A stretch of DNA of 61,004 bases, counting the filler, from Chiloscyllium plagiosum (taxonomy: Eukaryota): assembly GCF_004010195.1 (NCBI RefSeq). It is 3 parts of one record of this genome, joined end to end, with 100 filler letters (N's around TTAATTAATTAA, not from the genome) between each part and the next. Parts side by side here need not be neighbours in the genome. Positions count along the whole stretch, not along the records: positions 1 to 18,185 come from NC_057717.1; 2 more parts are not named here. One strand, 5' to 3'. Below are positions 1 through 12,880 of the stretch, piece after piece. The stretch's first letter is position 1. The number at the start of each line of letters is the position of its first letter. A program made the translations under genes and the position numbers. The notes under the pieces were generated by a model. The model was not told where the DNA came from. It did no database searches and was given only the letters and a program-made list of their open reading frames with translations.

Positions 1-3000
1 TCAGTATTGAAGAAGCGCTGCATTGTCATAGGGTCATTACTGAGGGAGTGCTGCACCGTCAGTGTCAGTATTAAGGGAGTGCAACACTGTCAGAGGGTCA
101 GCACTGAGGGAGTGCTGCAATGTCAAATCGTCAGGAATGAGGGAGTGTTGCACTGTCAGAGTGTCAGTACTGAGGAGTGTAACACTATGAGAGGTACGGC
201 ACTGAGGGAGTGCTGCACTGTCAGAGGTTCAGTATTGAAGAAGCGCTGCATTGTCATAGGGTCATTACTGAGGGAGTGCTGCACCGTCAGTGTCAGTATT
301 AAGGGAGTGCAACACTGTCAGAGGGTCAGCACTGAGGGAGTGCTGCAATGTCAAAGAGTCAGGAAATGAGGGAGTGCTGCACTGTCAGAGGGTCAGCACT
401 GAGGGAGTGCTGCAATGTCAAATCGTCAGGAATGAGGGAGTGTTGCACTGTCAGAGTGTCAGTACTGAGGGAGTGCCACACTGTCAGAGGATCAGTAGTG
501 ACAGAGTGTCACACTGTCAGAGGGTCTGTACTGAAGGAGCGCTGTCCTGTCAGAGGATCAGTACTGAGAAGTGTCACACTATCAGATGATCACCACTGAG
601 GGAGTGCTGCAATGTCAGAGGGTCAGCACTGAGGGAGTGTCACACTATCAGAGGGTCAGTACTGAATGAGCGCTGTACTGTCAGAGGTTCAGTACTGAGG
701 GAATGATGCAATGTCAGAGGGTCGGTACTGAGGGAGTGCTGCAGTGTCAAAGGGTCAGTAATGAGGGAGTGTCACACTGTTCGAGGGTCAGTACTGAGGG
801 AGTGCTGCAATGTCAGAGGGTCAGCACTGAGGGCGCTCTGTACTGTCAAAGGATCAGTACTGAGGGAGTGCCACACTGTCAGAGGATCAGTAGTGACAGA
901 GTGTCACACTGTCAGAGGGTCTGTACTGAAGGAGCGCTGTCCTGTCAGAGGATCAGTACTGAGACGTGTCACACTATCAGATGTTCAGCACTGAGGGAGT
1001 GCTGCAATGTCAGAGGGTCAGTACTGAGGGAGTGCTGCACTGTCAGTGTCAGTCCTGAGGGTGTGCCACACTGTCAGAGGGTCAGCACTAAGGGAGTGTC
1101 ACACTATCAGAGGGTCAGTACTGAATGTTCAGTACTGAGGGAATGATGCAATGTCAGAGGGTCGGTACTGAGGGAGTGCTGCAGTGTCAAAGTGTCAGTA
1201 ATGAGGGAGTGTCACACTGTTCGAGGGTCAGTACTGAGGGAGTGCTGCTATGTCAGAGGGTCAGCACTGAGGGAGCTCTGTACTGTCAAAGGATCAGTAC
1301 TGAGGGAGTGTTGCAATGTCAAGGGGTCAGTAATGAGGGAGTGCTGCACTGTCAGAGAGTCATTACTATTGGAGTGCTGCAATGTCATAGGGTCAGTACT
1401 GAGGATGTGCTGCACTCTCAGAGTGTCAGCACTGAGGGATTGGTGCAATGTCAGATGGTGTGTACTGCGGGAGTTTCACACTTTCAGATGGTGAGGACTG
1501 AGGGAGTGCTGCATTGTCGGAGGTTCGTACTGAGGGAGTGCTGCACTGTCAGAGTGTCAGTACTGAGGGTGTGCCGCACTTTCAGAAGCTCAGTATTGAT
1601 GGGGTGCTGCACTGTCAGAGTGTCAGTACTGAGGGACTGCCGCACTGTCAGAGGGTCAGTACTGAGGGAGTGCTGCACTGTCAGAGTGTCAGTACTGCGG
1701 GTGTGCTGCACTGTCAGAGGATCAGTATTGAGGGAGTGTTACACTGTCAGACTGTCAGTGCTGAAGGAGTTCTACACTGCCAAATAGTCGGTGCTGAGCG
1801 AATGCTACGCTGCCAAAAGGTCACTGCGGAAGTGCTGCACTCTTAGTGTCAGTACTGAGGGATTGTCACAATGTCAGAGGGTCAGTACTGAGGGTGTGCT
1901 GCAATGTCAGAGTATCAGTACATAGGAAGTGTTACACTATCAGAGGGTCAGCACTGAGGGAGTGCTGCAATGTCAGAGAGTCAGTCCTGCGGGAGTGCTG
2001 CACTGTCAGTGTGTCTGCACTGAGGGAGTGCCACACTGTCAGAGGGTCAGTACTGAGGGAGTGTTACACTGTCGGAGGGTCAGTTCTAAGGGAAGGCTGC
2101 ACTATCAGAAAGTCAGTACTGAGGGAGTGTTACACTGTCGGAGGGTCTGTTCTGAGGGAAGGCTGCTCTGTCAGAGGGTCAGTACTGCGGATGTGCAACA
2201 GTGTCAGAGGGTCAGGACTAAGGAACTGCCGCACTGTCAGGTGGTCAGCACTGAGGGAGTGCTGCAATGTCAGAGGGTCCGGACTGAGGGAGTGCTGCAA
2301 TGTTAAAGTGTCATTACTGAGGTACTGTGGCACTGTCAGTGTCAGTACTGAGGGAGTGCCACACTGTCAAAGGATCAGTACTGAGGTGTGTCAAACTATG
2401 AGAAATTCAGCACTGCGGATGTGGTGCACTGTCAGAGGGTCAGTACTGAGGGAGTGCTGCACTGTCAGAGGGTCAGTACTGAAGGAGCGCTGTACTGTCA
2501 GAGGGTCAGTACTGAAGGAGCGCTGTACTGTCAGAGGGTCAGTACTGAGGGAATGTTGCATTGTCGGAGGGTCAGTACTGAGGGAGTGCAGTACTGTCAG
2601 AGGATCAGTACTGAGAAGTGTCACACTATCAGAGGTTCAGCACAGAGGGAGTACTGCAATGTCAGAGGGTCAGTACTGAGGGAGTGCTGCAGTGTCAAAA
2701 GGTCAGTAATGAGGGAGTGTCACACTGTTCGAGGGTCAGCACTGAGGGAGTGCTGGAATTTTAAATCGTCAGGAATGAGGGAGTGCTGCACTGTCAGAGT
2801 GTCAGTACTGAGGAAATGCCACACTGTCAGAGGATCAGTACTGAGTGAGTGTCACACTGTCAGAGGGTCAGTACTGAAGGAGCGCTGTTCTGTCAGAGGA
2901 TCAGCACTGAGAAGTGTCACACTATCAGACGTTCATCAGTGAGGGAGTGCTGCAATATCAGAGGGTTATTACTGAGGGAGTGCTGCACTGTAAGTGTCAG

Positions 3001-5878
3001 TACTGAGGGAGTGCCACACTGTCAGAGTGTCAGCACTGAGGGAGTGTCATGCTATCAGAGGGTCAGTACTGAAGAAGCGCTGTTCTGTCAGAGGGTCAGT
3101 ACTGAGAAGTGTCACACTGTCAGACGTTCAGCACTGAGGGAGTGCTGCAATGTCAGAGGGTCAGTACTGAGGTGGTGTGGCACCGTCAGTGTCAATACTG
3201 AGGGAGTGCCACACTGTTAGAGGGTCAGTACCGAGGGAGTGCTGCATTGTCAGAGGATCAGTACTGAGGACTGTCATACTATGAGAAGTTCAGCACTGCG
3301 GGTGTGGTGCACTGTCAGAGGGTCAGTACTTAAGGAGGGCTGTACTTTCAGAGGGTCAGTACTGAGGGAATGTTGCAATGTCGGAGGATGAGTACTGAGG
3401 GAGTGCAGTACTGTCAGAGGATCAGTACTGAGAAGTGTCACACTATTAGAGGTTCAGCACTGAGGGAGTGCTGCAATTTCAGAGGGTCAGTACTGAGAGA
3501 TGACTGCAGTGTCAAATGGTCAGTAATGAGGGATAGTCACACTGTTCGAGGGTCAGTACTGAGGGAGTGCTGGACTGCCAGACGGTGAGTACTGAGGGAC
3601 TGAGCACTGTCAGAGTATCAGTACTGAGGGACTGCCGCACTGTCAGAGTATCAGTGCTGGGGAGTGTCACCCTATGAAAGTTTCAGCACTGAGGGAGTGC
3701 TGGAATGTCTGAGGATCAGCACTGAGGGAATGCTGCACTATCAGAGGGTCAGTACTGAGGGAGTGCTGGAATGTCTGAGGATCAGCACTGAGGGAATGCT
3801 GCACTATCAGAGGATCAATACTAAGGAGTGTAACACTATGAGAGGTTCAACACTGAGGGAGTGCTGCACTGTCAGATGGTCAGTACTGAGGGAGTGCCAC
3901 ACTGTCAGAGGGTCAGCACTGAGGGAGTGTCACACTATCAGACGGTCAGTACTGAAGGAGCGCTGTACTGTCAGAGGGTCAGTACTGAGGGAAAGATGCA
4001 ATGTCGGAGGGTCGGTACTGAAGGAGTGCAGTACGTTCAGAGGATCAGTACTGAGATGTGTCGCACTATCAGACGTTCAGCACTGAGAGAGTGCTGCCAT
4101 ATCAGAGGGTCAGCACTAAGGGAGTGCCACACTGTCAGAGGGTCAGTACTGAAGGAGCGCTGTACTGATAGAGGGTCAGTACTGAGGGAATGCTGCAATG
4201 TCGGAGGGTCAGTAATGAGGGAGTGCTGCAGTGTCAAAGGGTCAGAAATGAGGGAGTGTCACACTGTTCGAGGGTCAGTACTGAGGGAGTGCTGCAATGT
4301 CAGAGGGTCAGCACTGAGGGAGCTCTGTACTGTCAAAGGATCAGTACTGAGGGAGTGTTGTAATGTCAAGGGGTCAGTAATGAGGGAGTGCTGCACTGTC
4401 AGAGAGTCATTACTATTGGAGTGCTGCAATGTCATACGGTCAGTACTGAGGATGTGCTGCACTCTCAGAGTGTCAGCACTGAGGGATTGGTGCAATGTCA
4501 GATGGTTTGTACTGCGGGAGTGTCACACGTTCAGATGGTGAGGACTGAGGGAGTGCTGCACTGTCGGAGGTTCGTACTGAGGGAGTGCTACACTGTCAGA
4601 GTGTCAGGACTGAGGATGTGCCATACTGTCATAGGGTCAGTACTGAGGGAGTGCTGCACTGTCAGAGTGTCAGTACTGAGGGACTGCCACACTGTCAGAG
4701 GGTCAGTACTGAGGGAGTGCTGCACTGTCAGAGGGTCAGTACTGCGGGTGTGCTGCACTGTCAGATGATCAGTACTGAGGGAGTGTTACACTGTCAGACT
4801 GTCAGTGCTGAGGAGTTCTACACTGCCAAATAGTCGGTGCTGAGCGAGTGCTACGCTGCCAAAGGGTCACTGCGGAAGTGCTGCACTCTTAGTGTCAGTA
4901 CTGAGGGATTGTCACAATGTCAGAGCGTCAGTACTGAGGGTGTGCTGCAATGTCAGAGTATCTGTACATAGGAATTGTTACACTATCAGAGGGTCAGCAC
5001 TGAGGGAGTGCCACACTGTCAGAGGGTCAGTAATGAGGGAGTGTTACACTGTCGGAGGGTCTGTTCTGAGGGAAGCCTGCACTATCAGAGAGTCAGTACT
5101 GAGGGAGTGCTGCAATATCAGAGTGTCAGTACTGACGGAGTGCTGCACTGTCAGAGGGTCAGTACTGCGGGTGTGCAACAGTGTCAGAGGGTCAGTACTG
5201 AGGAACTGCCGCCCTTGCAGAACTGAGGGAGTGTTGCAATGTCAGAAGGGCAGCACTGAGGGAGTTCTGCAATGTTAAAGTGTCATTACTGAGTTACTGT
5301 GGCACTGTCAGTGTCAGTACTGAGGGAGTGCCACATTGTCAAATGATCAGTACTGAGGTGTGTCAATCTATGAGAAGTTCAGCACTGCGGATGTGGTGCA
5401 CTGTCAGAGGGTCAGTCCTGAGGGAGTGCCACACTGTCAGAGCGTCAGTACTGAAGGAGCGCTGTACTGTCAGAGGGTCAGTACTGAGGGAATGTTGCAT
5501 TGTCGGAGGGTCAGTACTGAGGGAGTGCTGCAGTGTCAAATCGTCAGGAATGAGGGAGTGCTGCACTGTCAGAGTGTCAGAACTGAGGAAGTGCCACACT
5601 GTCAGAGGATCAGTACTAAGGGAGTGTCACACTGTCAGAGGGTCAGTACTGAGGGAGTGCTGCACTGTCAGAGGGTTCTTACTGAGGGAGTGCTGCACTG
5701 TAAGTGTCAGTACTGAGGGAGTGCCACACTGTAAGAGTGTCAGCACTGAGGGAGTGTCATGGTATCAGAGGGTCAGTACTGAAGGAGCGCTGTACTGTCA
5801 GAGGGTCAGTACTGAGGGAATGATGCAATGTCGGAGGGTCGGTACTGAGGGAGTGCAGTACTGTCAGAGGATCAGTAC
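1..5878. repeat. 33-bp satellite array, consensus GTCAGTACTGAGGGAGTGCTGCACTGTCAGAGG, with higher-order repeats
   Basis: Continuous tandem units up to the N gap at 5879. The 11-aa periodicity of the ORF track (CQRVSTEGVLH, VRGSVLRECCT) gives a 33-nt unit. Variant blocks recur at offsets of 228 and about 3046 bp. Confidence 0.97.
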
Positions 5879-6378
5879 NNNNNNNNNNNNNNNNNNNNNN
5901 NNNNNNNNNNNNNNNNNNNNNNNNNNNNNNNNNNNNNNNNNNNNNNNNNNNNNNNNNNNNNNNNNNNNNNNNNNNNNNNNNNNNNNNNNNNNNNNNNNNN
6001 NNNNNNNNNNNNNNNNNNNNNNNNNNNNNNNNNNNNNNNNNNNNNNNNNNNNNNNNNNNNNNNNNNNNNNNNNNNNNNNNNNNNNNNNNNNNNNNNNNNN
6101 NNNNNNNNNNNNNNNNNNNNNNNNNNNNNNNNNNNNNNNNNNNNNNNNNNNNNNNNNNNNNNNNNNNNNNNNNNNNNNNNNNNNNNNNNNNNNNNNNNNN
6201 NNNNNNNNNNNNNNNNNNNNNNNNNNNNNNNNNNNNNNNNNNNNNNNNNNNNNNNNNNNNNNNNNNNNNNNNNNNNNNNNNNNNNNNNNNNNNNNNNNNN
6301 NNNNNNNNNNNNNNNNNNNNNNNNNNNNNNNNNNNNNNNNNNNNNNNNNNNNNNNNNNNNNNNNNNNNNNNNNNNNNN

Positions 6379-7246
6379 AGGTGACGTCGAGAGACGCCAC
6401 ACCTTTCCACTTTCCGCAAAGACCGTTCCCTCCTTGATGACCTGGTCTGGTCCACGCACCCAACAACCTATCCTCTCTTCCTGGCACCTTCCCCTGCCAA
6501 CGCAGGAATTGCAAAACTTGCGCCAACACCTCCCCCTCACTTACATCCCAGGCCCCAAAGGAACCTTCCACATCCATCAAATTGCTACCTGCACATCTGC
6601 CAATGTCATTTATCAGTTGCTCCCGACGTGGACTCCTTTACATTGGGGAGACGGGACGCCTTTTCACAGAGCGATTTAGGGAACATCTCCGCGACACCCG
6701 CTCCAATCAACCCCACCGCACCTTGTCCCAACGTGTCAACTCCCCCTCCCACTCTGCCGTAGACATGCAATTCCCGGGCCTCATCAGCCGCCACTCCCCC
6801 ACTACCCGATGCCTGGTGGAAGAATGCATGAACTTCCACCTCGGTACACTTAAACCCCAGGGTATCAATGTGGACTTCACCAGTTTACTCATTTCCCCAA
6901 CCACTTCCACACCCCAGCTCTTAACTTCCAGCTCAGCACCATCCTCATGAACTGTCCTACCAGCAATCTTTCTTCTTAAATATCCTCTCGACTTCCCTCT
7001 CTGACCTATCTCCTTCAACCCCATCACCATCCACCTATTGTACACTTGCCTACTTTCTCCCCAGCCCCACGCCCCCTCGCATTTATCTCTTCCCCACAGA
7101 GGCTCCCTGCCTTCATTCCTGATGAAGTTATTTTGGCTGAAACGTCGAAGTTCCTCATCCTCGAATGCTGCCTGACATGCTGTGCTTTCCCACCACCACT
7201 CTGATCTAGACTCTGATCTCCAGCATCTGCAGTCTTTACTTAGACC
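6379..7246 (+). mobile_element. 5'-truncated Penelope-like retroelement (GIY-YIG endonuclease plus pLTR), inserted in the ERV-A 5' LTR
   Basis: Frameshifted TCTSANV(I)..CSRRGLLYIGETGRLFTERFREHLR...LGTLKPQGINVDF is the Penelope GIY-YIG C-terminus. The pLTR tail runs CCTGATGAA..GAAACGTCG..CTCCAGCATCTGCAGT. Confidence 0.9.
7115..7150 (+). ncRNA. Degenerate minimal hammerhead ribozyme motif in Penelope pLTR
   Basis: CTGATGA at 7119-7125 and GAAACGTC at 7139-7146. Stem II is weakened (AGTTATTTTGGCT). Confidence 0.55.
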
Positions 7247-7350
7247 TAGACAGCCTGCCTATGCTGTTTCAGCTTGGTCAATTTCTCTTCCGCAATATCT
7301 GTGTGATTTTTCATCTCTGGTTTATTATGCTTATTTCTCCAAAACAAAAT

Positions 7351-7365
7351 TGGTGTGGACGGTAG
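7351..7365 (+). promoter_or_regulatory. Putative primer-binding site (tRNA-Ser-like, degenerate)
   Basis: TGGTGTGGACGGTAG lies 4 nt after the LTR end CA. The copy-2 version TGGCGTGGACGGTAG matches 12/15 to TGGCGTAGTCGGCAG, the recalled complement of the tRNA-Ser 3' end. Confidence 0.55.
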
Positions 7366-8146
7366 CCCCTTTCCTCTCAACAGGTTAAGCGAAAAAGACA
7401 TTTTAAAATTATCCCAATTCACACTTGGCGGCTAGACCTGCCACAGCGGGTCAGACCGAGTGAAAGGTTGGACGACTCAGGATGTTAGCCACAATTCTAA
7501 TTCAACCAATGCAGCAGTTCAGCGTTCAGCAACTACGGACTTGGCCTAAGGAGGCAGTCGGGTAAGGACCTAAACTGATCAACTAAATTTTAAGTAATTT
7601 GGCAGACGCGTGATCCAACTTGACCCACGGCTTGTGCCAAAACGTTGATCCAGCCAGGGGAAACACGGTCAGCCAACGGAAGTCTGGCAAGATTGAATGA
7701 AATTGACAGGGGACCGACCTGTTCACTGTTTTCTATTCTATGGTTTCTGAGTGTTTGTTTTGTGTGTGCCTATTTGCTTTGCGGTTACTGAGTGCTTGAC
7801 TTGTGAATTTCATGTGTCTCGTCTGAGTGTGTTCACCATCCGTAAACTGTTTGTCTACATTGTGGTCAGCGAGGACATGCTCGATTACTTAACGTGTCAA
7901 TCTCTTGCAGCTTGTGAGTTCAATGAGCCCTCTCTCTGTTCATTCTTCCTCGAAAGACAAAGTACAACACTTAGCACTCAACCAAGGACGTCCAGTACGC
8001 CATGGGACACGGATATCCACCCTCTGCCGGAAGGTGTCAGCTGCGGAAGCTGGGTAACCCCAACAACGTGGTGAGACCGCACTGTGCCGAAGATGAGCAA
8101 GATGATGTAAAGAAGCCATGGTAACTGCGTGAATTTCCAGACAAAG

Positions 8147-9543
8147 TTTGGAGATGCTCTTGTTACACCTAGTTCACCGGTAGACACCATGCTAAAAGAG
8201 ACAGGTGACAGCCGGTATGTATCCCCTGAACAGGAAGCATTTACACCAGCTCCCAAGGGAATTGTCCATGTGGAGGAGCCTTTAAATTGGATACGATTGA
8301 TTATTGGGCCATGGCCATTACGGGATGGCACAGGAAGCCCTCCTGGGACACCCTTTACATCCCTCAGTGCCTTGAACATTTTTGGGACATTGCTAAACAG
8401 CATCAGCCCCAGAAGGAAAAATACGGTCGCAATAACCCCCTGATGGCAGAGATCCCAATAAAATTCGACAAGGCCCCACGGCGTTTCTCGGAAACTTACC
8501 CTACCAGCTGAACCGCCTGACCCACTGTCAATGAAGTGGCTGCATTTCTCACCACGCAATCTCATGAGAAGCTTCCAGCAAGAAACAGCATCCGCCATTA
8601 AGTCCGAACCATCACCACTGCCCAACACAAATGGTAGCCCCAGAATCACAAGAAGCGTGGCTGCTGCCCAGAGAAACCAGGGCACCGGCTGTGGCTCTAT
8701 TCCCCTCGATTAGACCTGGACGCATGCAATGGTCCAGCCCATGCTGTAAGATGCCACAGACCTGTTGAAGCAACCACTCCCAGTCTACAATTGGCTATTC
8801 TAAAGTTTCATAATCGAAAACTGTTTGCCCAAAATGTGCAGACCCGATTGCAGCTCGTGTACGGGGCCGACTGGGCGACCATTCGCCCTACTATTGACTT
8901 TCCCAACCAACCCTGGGACAACACTGCTGTCCGGGAGAAATGGCTGGACAGCACCGTGAAGGATGCAATAAATGCCAGCGCAAGACAGCAAGTCGACTTT
9001 GGTGCTGTAACCCGGTGCCTGCAGAGAGCAGACTAGCCCTTGCCCGATTGCATTGCCTGCTTTAGTGACGTCTGGGACTCCTTGACGGGCATTCATTGCA
9101 GAAAATGAAAAGATGTCCGTGCAGACCCGAGTGAACTGCATGCTCCCTCCATATGCTCACGTATATAAACTACATATTCTCACTTGGCATACGATGGCCT
9201 GGGGGTCTCTTTGACCATAGTCAGTAACTTTGACATTGCTGGGCTGTTCACCATGCCAAAGCAACGAGGGCATTCTTCGAAGCGCACAACTGGACTGCCG
9301 GAAATACACGACAAGATCGGTACAGATATCTAATCGATTTCAGAAAGGACAATGTCAAAACTGTGGCAAATCGGGACAGTGGTCAGAATAGTGCTGGTCA
9401 GAACCCAGTGAGGGACGCTCAGGCCCCTCCATCCTCCCCCACTCCCTGGAGGACGACAGCAGCCCACAACTCCACAGTGGCAACCTTAGCAGACTGCCTA
9501 AACCATGCACGATCCCTTCCCCAATGCCGCAGAGAGCAACTAG
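8147..9543 (+). pseudogene. gag: ERV-A gag (frameshifted); start approximate
   Basis: Capsid/MHR-like VDFGAVTRCLQRAD*PLPDCIACFSDVWDSLTGI. Zinc knuckle C-Q-N-C-G-K-S-G-Q-W-S-E-*-C at 9353-9394 (CX2CX4HX4C with H>Q). Amber TAG at 9541 followed by GGC TGT. Confidence 0.82.
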
Positions 9544-12500
9544 GGCTGTCGTGAGGGGTGTTTTGCAGTTGGTCTCAATACGCTTCTCCAACTCCCTGTC
9601 CAAAAATCCGATGGTGGCTGTGGAGGTTTGGGGGCGGATCATCTCTTTTCTGGTGGACTCTGGGCCACCTGCTGGTTTGAATCCCCCTCTGTAGATTTCT
9701 TTCCGAGATACATGACCGTCCACACCGTAGGACTTTCTGGAGTGCCCATGTTGGGGCCATCTCCCAAATCATTAACTTCAGTATTGGATCTTCCACTGTC
9801 CCTGATGCTGCCATTAAATTCACCTCTTTCCCAGCCGCCATTCTGTGCCAGCAAACCTTATATAAATTTGTTTGCCAGCATCATTTAGACCTCATCATGA
9901 TACTTTTACGCCAGCGACCCCTCCACTTTATGCCCCTCAGTTAGGCCCCCGTTCCCCTCTTAGAGGTTGTGCAACTTGGGCAGATTGTGTTTTGTGTGCA
10001 CTATGCTCCTGCAACATTCCAGCCCACTTTTACCACGCAAACTATGGGTGCTACACTCCTCCGAAGACTCCCTGTTGCTAGCTAATCCTCCAGCGTCACT
10101 GTAGGCACACCACCCCGACCAGGAAGGCCAGGTGAGGTCCTCCCCACTACACCCTGCCACACTCAAGCTGAGAGACATCCTGCTGTCTATACGGCAATAC
10201 AAACTGACGCCAGCAGCAATACAAGGGATCAAGCCGGTGAGTGACATCCTCGTACAACAGGTTGTCCTAGTTCCTACAATAGGTGCATGTAATGCACCCA
10301 CCCAACACATTCCAATACCCATGCAGCTAGGAAAGTGACGTTTTGTCCAGGGTCTGAGGGCTTGAATCCAATTGTGATTCATGGCTCCCTAGTGGTCTCG
10401 GACAGTAACGTCATACTCACCAGCACCCCTGCTACCGCCACTCATTTTTTTTGTAATTGATTTCTGATCAGGTTTTGTCTCCATCACATTGTCACCTGAC
10501 AGTCAGTACCTTTTCGTTTTTAGATACGATGGCTGCCAGTGCACATGGACCTTGATCCCCAGTGTTCCACAGAGAGCCCCACCGTCTATGCCTCTGCACT
10601 CTTCTCATACCGTGAAACAGCACCCTCCTCGAATATGTGGACGATATTCACCTGCGCTAAAACATGCATGCAGGACTCTGTAGCGTTGCTCTGCTGTCTA
10701 GCAATAGATGGACACAGGGTTTCAATGGAAAGAAAATGCAACTCTGCCAGTATAAAGTACAGTAGTTGGGATACAAACTCTTACATGGCCTCAGTGCAGT
10801 ATCGAGAGAGAAAATCGCAGCCACTGGTCAGTTTCCCCTCCAGCCACAAGAACGTGGCTGCAGGCTTTCCTGGGCATGACGAATTACTGCAGGCACTGTA
10901 TCCCTGACCTCCTTGCCATTGACGATCCACTACGGCAGTCAGCGAAAATGCACTAAATGAAATTGTGGACCAGGCATTCACCGAAATAAAGCAGTGATTT
11001 GTCTCTGCTCCTGCCCTGCGGGTCGCAAACTACACTCAGCCCTTCTACCTCCAAGTCAATGAGTCCGACGGATTGACAAATAGCTCTCTAACGCTGATTA
11101 AAAAGCTGGAGATCTCCAGCACCCTGTTTCCTTTAACTCTGGGCACGCACTGCCTGTTTGAAGAGGAATGCTGGCATGTTTGCGAGCTGTGCCGACAGCC
11201 CCGTTAACTGTAGAAAAAAAAACACCCCTCATCGTGCTGGAGCACCCATGCACTGTTGGGTTCCCATTTGGTATCCCTGCTGTTCGATTCATCAGCAACC
11301 CCACATTTCACTGCCACCCAGAGAACTGGCTATGACCTCGCTTTACTGTCCAAAGCTATCCTTTCTCTACAGGGTGTTCTTGCCTTGAACCCTGCCACAC
11401 TACTTCCACTCAAACAGAACACAATTGCGGACGACCATGACTGTTTAGACACCATGCAACAGGCCGTCACCCCGCGCCCTGGCCTCTCGGAAACTACTTT
11501 AGACAATGATGACCTCATGCCCTTTGCGATGGGTCCTCCTTCAGGCACTCGGACACCGCACACTGGCAGTGTATGCCGTCTGCACCTCTTTCACTATCCG
11601 AGAATAAGCTGCAATGTTACAACTGCACAGCTGTTATGCTTACTTGGGTTTGCATCATATCAAAAAGTCACACAGCCAACATTTACATTGACTCCATTAT
11701 GCCTGTCGTATTTTTCACGACTTTGGCACACTCTGGAAACAGAGGGTCAATCACTTCAGCAGGGAGGCCACTGCATCACGCTGCGTTAATCTCCAACCCC
11801 CTTGAATCATTCCTGTTACCCTCTGCCCCAGCGATTTCACAATGTGCTGCCTATATCTCTGCCACTGTCCCTGTCATCCTCGGGAATGCCTTAGCACATG
11901 CAGCAGCCCGGAAATCCACACTGCACCCCACCACTTACGTCCTACAGGCCCCCAGCATAGGTAAGGCTCCAGGATTCTCTGACCCCAAGGAAGCAGTCCG
12001 AGCTGACAACCAAGCAGCTGCAACGCAAAAAAGGATTGTTCGGTCGAATTGGGGCAGTCACCTTCACTAGAGCTGCTGTTACACCCCAATGACCATTTCA
12101 TTTGTCGAAGAGCCCATCTGCATATACTTGTCCTAGCAGCCCACGGCGGTGGCCACACGGACTCGAGGGGCACGTCATACGCTATCACGCAATCCTGTAT
12201 GCATTGTGATGTGCTGCCGCTGTCTAAGCCTTGCTGTTACAGTGCCTCGTTTGCCTGCAAAACAATTCTAAAAAGCCTGTTGCCAGGTATGACCGGCTGC
12301 CAGTTACTGAGGAACCTTTTAGCCACTTGCAGATTGACTTTGATCACACGCCCCAAACAGGGTAACAAATATATCCTTGTCATCATCGACATGTTCTCTA
12401 AACGGGTGGAGGCCTTTCCCACAAGAAAGAATGATGCAGAAACAATGGAAAAATGCTTCCTGAGGAATGTCGTCCCCAGATTCGGGAACCCTGGTAACAT

Positions 12501-12880
12501 ACAGCCAGATAGGGGGAACATTTCACTGTGAGCTTATGACTGATATTAGGGATGCCATGGCGCGACCACACCCCCTACCAACCCCGGTCATCAAGAATGT
12601 TCGAACAGATGAAGGCCACCCTTAAAACCACGATGACCAAGATCACCCAGGAGTGACCTGGCCAGACGTCGTCTTGCCACTAGCTCTTTACACTATACAT
12701 AGCCAGGCAAACCGCATGACTGGGCTTACAAGTACCAGACCCCCAATATTCTCCATGGAGAACGGAGAGACGGAAAGGTCCATATCTGGCCCTGCTGATG
12801 ACCCAGACAGCTATACAATTCGAGGGATGGCCCGAATGGACACATGTCACCCGAATAAAAGAGAATTCCCCTTACAACGG
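9544..12880 (+). pseudogene. pol: ERV-A pro-pol (protease, RT, RNase H, integrase), disrupted
   Basis: Protease FLVDSG (DSG 9656-9664). RT QYKLTPAAIQGIKP, QYLFVF, ESPTVY and YVDD at 10634-10645. RNaseH CDGSSFR, NIYIDS, GNALAHAAA. IN KYILVIIDMFSKRVEAFPT, VPRFGNP, and C-terminal TQTAIQFEGWPEWTHVTRIK. Confidence 0.92.

Noticed and set aside
7..5878. Many Cys-rich ORFs (CQRVSTEGVLH and RECCTVRGSVL repeats) resembling keratin-associated or zinc-finger proteins
   Set aside because: A by-product of a 33-nt unit that is open in two frames; frequent frameshifts and no unique flanking coding sequence.
1..5878. CRISPR-like array (33-bp palindromic repeats)
   Set aside because: Units are directly adjacent with no unique spacers, there are no cas genes, and the context is eukaryotic.
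7978..8685. 235-aa minus-strand ORF with signal-peptide-like and TM-like segments
   Set aside because: Antisense to decayed gag and broken by a stop in copy 2; no recognisable domain.
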